A DNA stretch of 48,140 nt, the filler included, from Catajapyx aquilonaris (lineage: Eukaryota), in assembly GCA_000934665.2 (NCBI GenBank). It is 2 parts of 2 records of this genome, joined end to end, with 100 filler letters (N's around TTAATTAATTAA, not from the genome) between each part and the next. Parts side by side here need not be neighbours in the genome. Positions count along the whole stretch, not along the records: positions 1 to 24,023 come from KZ539378.1; 1 more part is not named here. One strand, 5' to 3'. Below the pieces are notes generated by a model. That model ran no database searches. It was not told the DNA's origin and saw nothing but the letters and a program-made list of their open reading frames with translations. Below, one piece after another: positions 11,905-22,359 of the stretch (the stretch's first letter is position 1; every line of letters starts with the position of its first letter). The position numbers were made by a program, and so were the translations under genes.

Positions 11905-12075
11905 GGGTGAGGGAGGAGCCAGGGAAGAAGAGAGAGACGATGGAAGTGGAGATGCAGGCAGGACTGATCAGGTGAGATGAATCGAGTGTGCATGGGTTGC
12001 ATGGTGGGGTAAGAACTTGGGTGCCAGAAGTGATCCAATATGCCAACAGTTTTAATCAACTTTAACCCCTTGAGC
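11905..12075 (+). pseudogene. 5'-truncated copy of the 3' end of the zinc-finger exon module, its donor site and the start of the following intron
   Basis: Near-identical to about 16200-16357 (GCCAGGGA.GAAGAGAGAGACGATGGAAGTGGAGATGCAGGCAGG...GATCAG|GTGAGA...CAACTTTAAC.CCTTGAGC). Confidence 0.85.
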
Positions 12076-12576
12076 GAAGGATATATTGTACTCTAACAAC
12101 CGTGAGGGAGGAGGGGGAGGCATAATTTCCTAATCCACATAGGTTGGCGAGCCGATGCCGAATCCAAGAGCTTCGGCAAATGCCGCCAGGTGGCTGCAAA
12201 TAAAAAAGGACAAAATGCTGGTTTTGCGATGGCGCGCGTTGCATATACTTATAATTTTAACAGCAACCATTTAGCCCGCTATTATGGGCAGCATATTGAC
12301 CATAATATATAAAACATAATTATTATTATGTCTTTGCGCGGCAGATTTGAATGCGCCAAGACGGATTTCCTTCTTACTCCACCAGCAACGCGGGTTCCGG
12401 TGCGACAAACGGTCGTGTCATTGGTGACCCAAGGTGATGCCATGCCCACGTGATGTCCAGGTGATGCCATGTTAATATTCAGATCACATAACGCCCGGTG
12501 GAAATTATAAAACATGCCCTTACCAAAATTTCAGAACACCTCGAGGTCGTATTTGCAGGGCACCATCGCAGGTAGA

Positions 12577-12739
12577 CCAGGGGTAAGTCACTCGGCAAGT
12601 CCTCGTACACTACGCCGTAAGTCCGACTTAAGTCCTGCCGGACTTGCGCAAGTCCGGGGAAAGTCTGGCCGGACTTTTGCAAGTCCGAAGCCAGTCCGAA
12701 GCCCGTCGTACACCAAACCACCGAGTGACTTACCCCTCG
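12577..12739. mobile_element. MITE with ~19-bp TIRs, related to the 19000-19123 element
   Basis: CCAGGGGTAAGTCACTCGG ... CCGAGTGACTTACCCCTCG; internal AAGTCC/GGACTT repeats; no matching TSD. Confidence 0.8.
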
Positions 12740-13453
12740 GTGCAGCTGGTATAGATGATGAATGGAGACGCCTTCCATTTGATGACAACTTGAAGAGCAT
12801 AGCTGAAGTGGAGAAGCTGGAGGTTGACGTGTTCTGGCACCAGGTAATCAGTCTGTGAGCTTCATAACAGGAAGGGATATGAACCCATTTTAACCCTTCA
12901 CTAGGGCTGTACGAATTACTAATAAAAAATAAAATATGGATGGGGTCTGAGCGGTTGCCGTCACTTTCAGGCACGTCATGGTTCCAGGGTTAAGGGTTAA
13001 TATCATTCACGCATTGCATACACGGCCGAGAGAAGGAAACACGTTATTGATTTTTGCTTCTTCTATCCCTCTATTCAGGTCTCGACTTTGACCAGCACAG
13101 ATGGAACACCAAAGTACAAAGCGTTACCATTCTTTGCACTCTCAGTCCTCAGTTTACCGCATTCGAACGCAGACTGTGAGAGAATTTTCAGTAAAGTCAA
13201 TCGGACGAAGACGGATGCTAGGAATTCTCTTCTCACCGAAACTGTTGAGGGGTGCGTGCTATCGTCGGAGAGGGTTCAGTCGTACCAAGGGTGCTGCTCC
13301 CAGTTTACCCCCACAAAGGAAATGTTGCAGAGGATGACATCATCCACACTGTACACTAAATGTAAATCTGCGAAGCAGGACGAAACGTCAACAATCAGTG
13401 GCCTTTATGACGAGTCACTGAGTGAGAGTGCGGACGAAGATGATAATAATTAA
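12740..13453 (+). mobile_element. hAT-superfamily transposase remnant (C-terminal region and dimerisation domain) split by an intron at 12844-13078
   Basis: DDEWRRLP...VDVFWHQ|VSTLTSTDGTPKYKALPFFALSVLSLPHSNADCERIFSKVNRTKTDARNSLLTETV matches the hAT pattern FW..YxxL..LSLPxSNAxxERxFS..KT..RNxL. Donor CAG|GTAATC and acceptor TTCTATCCCTCTATTCAG are both phase 0. Confidence 0.88.
12894..12996. mobile_element. Possible ~100-bp piggyBac-type MITE inside the transposase intron
   Basis: TTAA|CCCTT...AAGGG|TTAA; only very short terminal identity. Confidence 0.4.
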
Positions 13454-13756
13454 GCTGTGGTATCCACGTGAAAGTTTCCTGATAAATAGGCTACTGTACA
13501 CATTTGAGCATATACGGCATGTGATATTGTTTACATGTTTGCATTTTATATAATTATGCTATCCATTAGAAATTATTTTAAAAACCTCTGCATATGTTCC
13601 ATCATGCCCATGCCATGGTTGGTAGGGACATGTGCCAACGTACCCCATATTAATTATTTAGCCATTTGAATCCTCATACTCCTGAGTGGCAGTGCCATCT
13701 TACTCCTGTAGCCATCGTGCCCCGGTTTCCTCTATGTACCCGTCAAGTGGTAACGT

Positions 13757-14174
13757 CACTAATGTACGGAAAATGAGATAACGATCTGACGTCATCAATG
13801 TTTCCATGGAAATACCCTCACAGAACAGTACGAGTGTTTTGGTTGGTGGCATGCTTAGATTTGGCGCGCTTTCCATTTGCCAGTCCTCTACTGGCATCTG
13901 GTGTCGTGAGTGTGAACCTCTAGCTTTTTTGATATTATATCATTCGGGAAAGGGGGTGTTCTGTCTTTCCCACACTTGTAAAAAGCAAAAGCTACTAGCT
14001 AAAGGTTCACACTCACGACACACGATGCCAGTAGAGGACTGGCAAATGGAAAGCGCGCCAAATCTAAGCATGCCACCAACCAAAACAACGAGTAAACAGT
14101 GTCAGTGTCAACAAAAAACAACAATGGAAGAAACGATGACGTCAGATCGTTCTCTCGTTTTCCGTACATTAGTG
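13757..14174. mobile_element. Foldback MITE (418 bp) with CACTA termini and long inverted arms
   Basis: CACTAATGTACGGAAAA...ACGATCTGACGTCATC versus GATGACGTCAGATCGT...TTTTCCGTACATTAGTG. Inner arms GTTTTGGTTGGTGGCATGCTTAGATTTGGCGCGCTTTCCATTTGCCAGTCCTCTACTGGCATC are a near-perfect inverted pair. No TSD seen. Confidence 0.88.
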
Positions 14175-15249
14175 ATTTTTGATTATTCCTCAAATAGGTT
14201 AACCCCCATTGCCTCAAATTACCTTATCCCAGGTGGATTAGTATTATTAGTATATACCATAACATTTGTACGAAGTTCTTGATTTATATATTCGTTTGTT
14301 TTATAAAATGTGGCCTACCGTACATTTGAGTGTGTTCATCTGTATTTATTTTGAAATCCCATGTTTTTAGGGGAAAGGAGAAAATGAGAGAGAGTACCAT
14401 ATATTATGCAAGTAAAAAAGTTGTGGTTCATAGGTAATTATTAATGAATACATTAGTGATTCTAATAATTAAGCGTATGTTATCCAGAAGATACGTAGAA
14501 CGTACAGCTACCCCTATGTGTTACCGGAAAGTCCAGTTCATTTGCTCCCGTTCTTTAATTAGTTAATTGCGTACCGTTGCTCTCTCTATTTTTAAATGAA
14601 ATAAACGAAGTTGATATACACTGGGAGTCACGCTTTTCTTTTGTACAGTCCCGCGCTAGGCTGAGAGTGGCGCTGCGCTCAATAAGACAATAACCAATTT
14701 CGTCTAGTCCAATGTTACATTGTAATTCCACTTCCATGAAAAAAGTGAAACCAATTTCACCAATAAACACCTGACACACCTATTCAAATCTCCCATATAT
14801 GGTGAACTTCTATATCAACGGTATACAAAATCTTATAGTGTAACTCTCCGACAAATGTCGCAATTTCGTAGGAATTTAACTGTGTGCGGTAGAGGAGGGA
14901 GATGTAAGTTGTAACTTACCCTCCCCCCCCTCCNCCCCAGGAAAGCGTTACACTTCCGCGATTTTCAGGTATAAAACATGTGCGCACTAATATTTGCATA
15001 TATGCTGGAGGATGTAATTCCTTCAAAATAAAAAGTAACTGGCCGTAATGTAGGGGTCCGGCGTCCGGGGGGTCCTTATTATATTATGACACCTAAACCT
15101 AATGCATAATAATTATGCTAGGAATAGGATCAATTCCCGAGCACATTTACCTAAGTTTGTGTGACCTTGAACGCAAAAAAAAATTCGCCTGCGGCGGACT
15201 TTGCGCTTCGCACTCCCCGCACTCGCCGCCCGCGGTTACACGCCAGCTA

Positions 15250-15359
15250 CATTGACCGATTGATCGATATTTCCGGCCGATATATCGGTTTTTATCGATA
15301 TCTGCTCAAAATCGTATCGATATCTCGATATCGATATTCGTACGAGATTCTCGTGCCTA
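15250..15359. mobile_element. Probable solo hAT-like terminus with CGATAT/ATCG subterminal repeats ending in ...GCCTA
   Basis: Dense ATCGATAT/CGATAT motifs followed by TCTCGTGCCTA (reverse complement TAGGCACGAG). The partner end was not found. Confidence 0.4.
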
Positions 15360-15689
15360 ACACCAGAATTTGGGAGAGAAGGTACGAGAGTCCCACGCCA
15401 GGCGTCCAACACCACTGGCGCCAGGAGTCTTTAGCGGAGATAATGGGAACTACTCGAGACAGGTTGGTTGTGTGGGTTGGTTCTTGATTCTTTTCTTTCC
15501 AAGTTCTTTCCTTTCGTGCTTCCCTTCAATCCGTTGTTTGGTCGGACTCGGCTCGTTCCACGGTATGGCTCGCTACCAGGCGACCCAGGTTTAGGTCTGG
15601 ACCAGGGCCAGCTCGTTTCAGAGGTGCGTGGTCTCCATTCGGATTGGGGGTTGGAATCACACGGGACTTTATTGGTTTCGCTTTTTCAG

Positions 15690-16254
15690 GAAGGTGCACA
15701 ACAGTTGGGGGAACAGGACAGCCATGGACATGCTGAAGTTGGGGAGATACCCATGCCCTCACTGTCCCAACAAGGTCTTCAAGAGGAGGCTTGATCTCCT
15801 CGCACACAATACCACACACTCAAGGTGGGACAGGGTCAAAGTGGAGGTCAAGGAGGAGCCAGAGGAGGTGCGGGTCACAGTCAGGTGCGAGGAAGAGGAA
15901 GAAAGAGGTTCCCAGGGGGTCAGGACAAAGCAGATCCCCAGGCCAGCCATGGACATGCTGAAATTGGGGAGATACCCCTGCCCCCACTGCCCCAACGAGA
16001 TCTTCAAGAGGAGGCTTGATCTCCTCGCACACAACACCACCCATTCAAGGTGGGACAGGGTCAAAGTGGAGGTCAAGGAGGAGACGGAGGAGGAGGGCCG
16101 AGGAGGTCAGGCTGCCCTGGAGGTCAGGAGGGTCAAGGGGGAGCCAGGAAGGGAGGAGGAGGGCAGAGGGAGGCATCAGGCATCAGGCACTGCTCCTCCA
16201 GCCAGGGAGGAAGAGAGAGACGATGGAAGTGGAGATGCAGGCAGGCCTGATCAG
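15690..16254 (+). CDS. Exon encoding two tandem C2H2-type zinc-finger units (75-aa period) and an acidic/Gly-rich tail; candidate ATG at 15724
   Basis: Acceptor TTTCGCTTTTTCAG ends at 15689; donor CAG|GTGAGA at 16255. YPCPHCPNKVFKRRLDLLAHNTTH and YPCPHCPNEIFKRRLDLLAHNTTH (C-x2-C-x13-H-x3-H), each followed by VKVEVKEE. GCCATGG Kozak contexts at 15724 and 15949. Confidence 0.75.
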
Positions 16255-16348
16255 GTGAGAAGAATCGAGTGTGCATGGGTTGCATGATGGGGTAAGAACT
16301 TGGGTGCCAGAAGTGATCCAAAATGCCAACAGTTTTAACCAACTTTAA

Positions 16349-17335
16349 CTCCTTGAGCCCCAGCCGCCTAGAATCTACTCAGTCTAGGCGCTGAGAACTC
16401 GACAGTCAGGTACCAGCTATACCCGCCAAGTTTTCCGCATACTCGTGAGCTGAAGATACGAACAAGATATTGTACAAATGATAACAGCTCTACTTACCCG
16501 TTCAGGGAAAATGTTATGAATGTCTTGTAAACAATTTCTCTCCCATAGAAGACCCTACATTAATTTCCAAAAATAACTCTATAAAAACCTGAAATTAGAG
16601 TACTGCTGGCCAACTGGTTCGGCTGATTTAGTTATGAGATACGTTAAAATGTACGGAATCACAATTTTGAGAAGGGTGCCAAATGGACTTGCTGAAATCG
16701 TTGCACTTTTCGAGAAACAAGTAAGTTTGGGAGTAATCCAAAGTGACAGGCAAGTTGCAGAAAAGTATTAACTTATTGCTCGGAAAGCACAACGATTTCA
16801 ACAAAGTCTTCCGGCATGGTTCAAGATTGTTATTCCATATATTTTAATGTATTTCGTAATTAAATCACCCCAAGAGTTGGCCGGTAGTACTCGGATTTTC
16901 ATATTTTACAGCGATCTTTCTGGAAATTAATTTATGGACTTATAGCCAAGGAAAATAATTGTCTCCTGTGTTTTGCATGAAGTTTGCATGTGTTTGCATA
17001 GTAAGTATCGCTGTTACTATTTGTAAAATATCATACCCTTACTTCAGAGTACTTGTAAGTTGAACAGGAGGAAAATCTAGGCGGAAATATAACGGGTATA
17101 CTGTGCGGCGATTTTTTTGGAAATCAATTTACAGACTTCTATGGGAGGGAAATTGTTTTCAACACATTCATAACGTTTTCCCTGAATGGGTAAGTAGAAC
17201 TGTTATTATTTGTAAAATATCTTGTTCTTATCTTCAGCTCACAAGTAAGCGGAAAACTAGGCGGGGGCGGGTGTAGCTGGTACCTGACGGTCGAGTTCTC
17301 GGCATCTAGATTCTAGGCGGCTGGAGCTCAATTGG
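16349..17335. mobile_element. piggyBac-type non-autonomous foldback element (~990 bp, >200-bp TIRs, TTAA TSD)
   Basis: TTAA at 16345-16348 and 17336-17339; TTGAGCCCCAGCCGCCTAGAATCTA... versus ...TAGATTCTAGGCGGCTGGAGCTCAA. Additional internal inverted arms at about 16560-16715 and 16775-16930. Confidence 0.88.
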
Positions 17336-18148
17336 TTAAAGGATCTGCTCAAGGGTCAACTTTGTTGAGTCCAAGCAGGTCCAAGTTGTACTGTATTACA
17401 CTGAAAAATGAAGCTCAGTTTTTTTTAAACCCTCCAAAATGCAAAGGTGTTTTGAGTGCTACATTAAATGTCACAAATGACAATTTCCCTTAAAGCATGG
17501 CATGATCAGCATCATTACCTGTATCTACAGGGTGTAAATGAAATAAGTGCATATTTTTTGAGGAATGATAAAGAGTGATCAGAAAGGATCACTTATTGTT
17601 AATGCACTTGGTGCTGCAGATGAATTGTTAAGTCAGAAAAGGAGGGTTTGTCATACGTCATACACACACGTCATGCCTTTAGTAACCACCATCGTTACCA
17701 ATATTTAGACGTGTGTGTGACGTGTCGCAATACAGTCAACTTTTGTAAACTGCCGAAAACGAAATGACGATCTGACGGCATCGTCACACAACAATATGAG
17801 TAAACCCGTTCAGTTGCATGTTGACCTCCGCGGGTGAAGGTCACTTTTTCACCTCTCCTACCATCATCGTCACTCGGACCTTTTCCCCTTCTCCGCCCAC
17901 CCTACCTCTCCCCCATGTGTCCCCTTCGCCGCGGGTCGTTGGTTATTTTTAAAAATAGCCATTGCACTGTTGTAGAAATGTCAGTTTGAAATTCGACCGT
18001 AAAGGGGGTGTTCACACTAGGTGACGGTAGCATACGAAACAAACGAAATGAAAAAGTGGACCAATCAGAGCCCACTTGAGGGTGACTAAAAGTGAAAGGA
18101 ATTACAAAACGGAAAATATGAAATGAATCAACTTTTGAGGGATACAGA

Positions 18149-18383
18149 ATAATTAAATCAGTCTAACAGTTGGCCAGTAGTACTCGGATTTCTATTTTTC
18201 AGGCTGTCTTTTTGGAAACTAATTTAGGGACTCCTAGAAGAGTAAAATTTTTTGCAACACATGCAGTGTTTTTCATGAATGGGTAATTATAGCTGTTATT
18301 ATTTGTAAAATATCTTATCTTTATCTTCAAAGTAGGAGTAAGCTAAAATCTAGGCGTTTTCGGCCTGGCTGGTAGCGAAGGGG
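18149..18383. mobile_element. Right arm of a related, more diverged piggyBac-type element
   Basis: Shares AGTTGGCC.GTAGTACTCGGATTT and CTGTTATTATTTGTAAAATATCTT with the 16349-17335 element; ends AAGGGG|TTAA. Confidence 0.75.
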
Positions 18384-18638
18384 TTAATTGAGTTTCTTTT
18401 TCTGTTCAAGACATGGCTGCATCTGCATAACTACTGAGTGCCAAATGTGTCAATGTGGTATATCTGCTCCGTAATACCTCGTCTCTAGTAGTGTGGGATC
18501 GAGATCTACACTGACGTAGATCACTCGTGATTCAGATCAGCCTACTCGCAGTGTGTGTACTAGGATCCAGAAAAGGTTACCAGATGAATGGAAGGAAAAC
18601 TGTAAAATTAAACATTGTTTATTTTTAAAACTATATTT

Positions 18639-18891
18639 GAGGGGTGTGCTGGAAAAACGTGACAATCCTCATTTTGGTCATTTTTGACCTGAGAACACCT
18701 AGAAACTACATGAAAGACATGACAAGACAGTTGGGGATACTCAAAGTTCACCTATTATGCACGAGAAGGCAACAGGGACTAGATCAAAGCCCGCATTCCC
18801 TTTGATTTGTGAAGAGAATGCAAACTTCAATTTGCTCTCCTGAAAAATTGCACTTTTGCAGGTTGTCACGTTTTCCCACCATATCCCCCTC
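18639..18891. mobile_element. Sola-like MITE (253 bp)
   Basis: TSD ATTT at 18635-18638 and 18892-18895; imperfect TIRs GAGGGGTGTGCTGGAAAAACGTGACAA / TTGTCACGTTTTCCCACCATATCCCCCTC. GAG termini with a 4-bp AT-rich TSD fit the Sola superfamily. Confidence 0.7.
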
Positions 18892-18999
18892 ATTTCTTTG
18901 ACGTATTTATCTTCCATTCCTGGACACAGATGCCCACTCCATGCATAGCCTACTTAAAGTGCGATATGAAAGGAGGGGGGCTGTTTATCCACCTCTAAC

Positions 19000-19123
19000 C
19001 AAGGGGTAAATGACGCGGCAGTTGAGCATACAACAGACTTGTAAATAACCGGACTTGGGCCCGGACTTGTCGGACTTGGCTCCTTATACCGTACAACAGA
19101 CTTGACGAGTGATTTACCCCTTG
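19000..19123. mobile_element. 124-bp MITE with an 8-bp TSD (P or hAT superfamily)
   Basis: TSD CCTCTAAC at 18992-18999 and 19124-19131; TIR CAAGGGGTAAAT(G/C)AC(G/T)CG matches at 16 of 18 positions; internal GGACTT repeats. Confidence 0.9.
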
Positions 19124-19668
19124 CCTCTAACCCTGTTCCTCAACAACATCAGTGCTTGTTGCGGGGACCCTCACTGTGATCTGGATAGCCAGCTCTAGTG
19201 CAGGGGAGGTGTAAAGTGTCACTTGGAGTACCACATTTCTCAGATCATGTTAAATTTTAAAGTGTGTATTTGAAATGTATATTCACACCCTGTGATACTT
19301 GTAAGGAAATCCAGAGTTTCAATTCCAACATGGAGTCCAAAACTTTTGTGTTTCATATAGATCATTAATCGACCCCTATTAGTAGGGCATCATTATTTTG
19401 CTGTTAGCCATCTTGCTGTTGTGACTGGAGGTTGCTTGTTGTTGGCTGGTTGTTGTAGGAAGGAGGGAGGGGAGGGGAAGGGACAGTGTAAAACAATCTA
19501 ATGTTGGACTTTGGCTTATTGCACGGTACAATTCACCACCAGGTGACACAGGTTTAGGTTTGGGCTAGGGCCAGCTCGCTTGCGCGGCGCACACATTGAG
19601 GCCTGGTCTCCATGCGTATTGGGGGTTGGACTGGTAGAATCACACTGCACTTTGTTTTCCTTTTTCAG

Positions 19669-20129
19669 GGCAGTGCACAACATTTGGGGGAACAGGACAG
19701 AGCAGAGCGCCACATCCCAGCAGCCATGGACATGCTGAAATTGGGGACTTTCCCCTGCCCCCACTGTCCCAACAAGGTATTCAGCAGAAGGCTTGATCTC
19801 CTTGCACACAACACCACACACTCAAGGTGGGACAGGGTCAAAGTGGAGAGCCAGAGGAAGAGCAGGTGGAGAGGGTCACAATCAGGTTCAACAAGGAGGA
19901 GGAGGCAGGAAGAGGAGGTCAGGATGCCCTGGAGGTCAGGAGGGTAAAGGAGGAACCAGGAGGGGAGGAGGGCAACTCTGACCAGGAAAGTGACCTCAGT
20001 GGGGCAACAGAGGAGGAGTTGCAGGAGGAGGAGGGCAGAGGGAGGCATCAGACTGACACTGCTACTTCTACCAGAGCCGGGGAGGAGGAGTCAGGCGATG
20101 GAAATGGAGATGCAGGCAGGCCTAATCAG
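19669..20129 (+). pseudogene. Paralogous zinc-finger exon with a single C2H2 unit, frameshifted after the finger
   Basis: Acceptor TTTTCCTTTTTCAG ends at 19668; donor CAG|GTGAGC at 20130; FPCPHCPNKVFSRRLDLLAHNTTH. Relative to the 15690 copy it lacks the 10 nt GTCAAGGAGG near 19848, which moves the acidic tail (EPEEEQ...DAGRPNQ) into another frame. Flanking intron sequence is also homologous. Confidence 0.75.
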
Positions 20130-20325
20130 GTGAGCTGCAGGTTGGACATGTTCACATGGTGGGAATAAGAACTAGTCCGCAAAAAGGGACCCAAATTCCA
20201 ACAGTTTTAAACAACTTTTTTGAGTTGCATTATAATGTTTTGTGCAAATTGTTCGTGATGTTATTACACTAAATCAGCCCCCTGGTACTCCTGCCCAGCT
20301 CCATGTAAATCCCTGTGCAGCGCTA

Positions 20326-20558
20326 GCTGATGGAGTGGTAATGCGTTGGGTGGCCATTGCAATGCTGCGCAGGTCCAGTGAGGGCAACAGACTCCTGTGA
20401 TCCTAACTGGCAACGCTGCATTTAGTAGAAGAGAAACCACCATAAGGGATTCTTTTCTACTAAATGCAGCATCACCCATTAGGATAGCGAGAGTCAGATG
20501 CTGCACTTGCACTGAGTAGTGCTGCAGGGGCCACCCAACACATTACCACCCTGTCAGC
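20326..20558. mobile_element. Old imperfect palindrome (degenerate foldback element)
   Basis: GTGGTAATGCGTTGGGTGGCC / GGCCACCCAACACATTACCAC and GCTGCATTTAGTAGAAGAGAA / TTCTTTTCTACTAAATGCAGC. Confidence 0.7.
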
Positions 20559-21114
20559 CCCATGAATGCGATGAGAATGGGTGCGGCCAGACCTGAGTAT
20601 TACTATATAAGACTGTGCTCTAAAGTCTAAATCATGAAGCATTTTTTTTTCATATTTGTTTCCCGCATTTGTGGCTAGAGGTAGCAGGTGTCGCATCACA
20701 TGATCAGAAGGGAAGCAACGTATCATCCAATAAGTAATTAGTTTCATGCGATAATGTCCGTCCCCATTCAACCAAATTCCATCACTAATCTTGTGCAGAA
20801 ATTCAAGTGGGAATCCTCAGCCACACTGCCACTGCAGTACAGACCTGTTATTATCATACACCACTTGCTCCCTCTAGCTGCACATGCACATCATTTTTTT
20901 TGTACATAAGGTTTGGAGATTATCCCTGCCAAAAGTCATTGACCTGACCCGTAGGTTTTCCACAATAATTTTGGCAAATTTTTAATTGGCTTCTTATATT
21001 ATGGGTCTATTGCCATTTTAATGTTGATCATTTGATGTCACACTCACCTTGACTAGCAACTTCAGCATGTGGCAGAAATGTCCTGGTCTTCACGATAGGC
21101 CATAGGGCATAGCT

Positions 21115-21419
21115 CAGTGGTTCCCAACCTTTTTTTCACTCCGGGCACCCCTACGTGCACCGAAAATTCTGAAGGCACCGCTAACTATACACTACAGATA
21201 ATACTTCTTGCTAATAGTCATCATAGGCAATATTTCAGTGAAAAGATAAATAGCAAATAGAGTTGCATTACATTTCAACCAGTGTTGTGGCCACTTATCA
21301 TATTTTAAAAATTATAAATACATACTAATTTCACGCGAAGGGAACTATAGGAAATTAATTTCACACCCCCCCCCCCCCCTCCCCCACGATGTCCGCAGCA
21401 CTCCAGTTGGGAACCACTG
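21115..21419. mobile_element. hAT (Charlie/Buster-type) MITE, 305 bp
   Basis: 14-bp TIR CAGTGGTTCCCAAC / GTTGGGAACCACTG; degenerate 8-bp TSD GCATAGCT / GCATCGAT. Confidence 0.88.
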
Positions 21420-21540
21420 GCATCGATAATCATGCAATACACCTGCCTTTTCAAGTAGGCTAATAAGATTGTATGTAATGGTGACCCTCAGGGGGAGACA
21501 GGTGGGAGAGAGGTCGGGGGGAGGGGAGTATGATGCGGAT

Positions 21541-22359
21541 AATGGGGAAGTAGCCTTCATTTTGGAAACTACATAATAAATTCGCCCATATTTTTGGAAT
21601 TTTTTTGGCATATTCCGTTTTAAGATATCAGTTTCAGTTCCGGAGTAATTGGGGTTTTTATGTAGGGAAATGGTGACGTCACTGTTTCCCTAGAAAATGT
21701 TGACGTCACGCGAAGTGAAATGAACGCAAAAATGGTGTTATAGAACGCGCCTCGTCATTGTTGTAAAATGCTTCGCTGTTGTTAGCAACCGTCCTATTCT
21801 GTGAGCACGGCCGTGAGCATGATAGCGGCCGGGGCGCGTATTTATTCCAGGCCGCTCAAACCTCTTCTGGGCTGACAGTGGTGCCAACTGGTAGGAATTA
21901 TCTGTCACCCGAATTCGGCACATGAAGGCCCCTTTTCTCCACCTCGATGGCCTACAGCCGCCTTGCGAATGCTTTCCGTCGTGTCCGCGGTTAATTCAAA
22001 GTCAAATTCCTAATATCTCGCAGTCAACCAGGCATTTCAATGTACCCTTTCGATTGGCACCGCCCGGCCGCCCCGTTTTTCCCGCCAATTTTGAAGGCAC
22101 TTTTAAATGTGCCGTAATTTATCCAGTAATGTCATTTTGATGCAACAAAGTGATGGAATGTATGTTTACAGGCATGGGCTAGCTAGTTATGAACAAAAAT
22201 CCCAAATCCCAGACCAAGGCTACTTCCCCATTGTTGGATGAGCATCATTAAGAACATGACCTACACCGCAGGCCGCAGGCCTAGAAAAGAGCGAGCGAAG
22301 CGAGTGGTTTTCTAGGCCTGCGCCCTAGAAAAATGCGAGCGGAGCGAGGGTTTTCCTAG
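21541..22359 (+). mobile_element. Possible Helitron-like non-autonomous element with an internal 17-bp inverted repeat and a 3' hairpin + CTAG|T
   Basis: AATGGGGAAGTAGCCTT (21541) / AAGGCTACTTCCCCATT (22216-22232). Two GCGAGCG(A/G)AGCGAG...TTTT(C)CTAG units, the last ending CTAG at 22359 followed by T. Confidence 0.5.

Noticed and set aside
13700..14282. ORFs sharing MPVEDWQMESAPNLSMPPTKT on both strands
   Set aside because: A consequence of the palindromic MITE, not a gene duplication.
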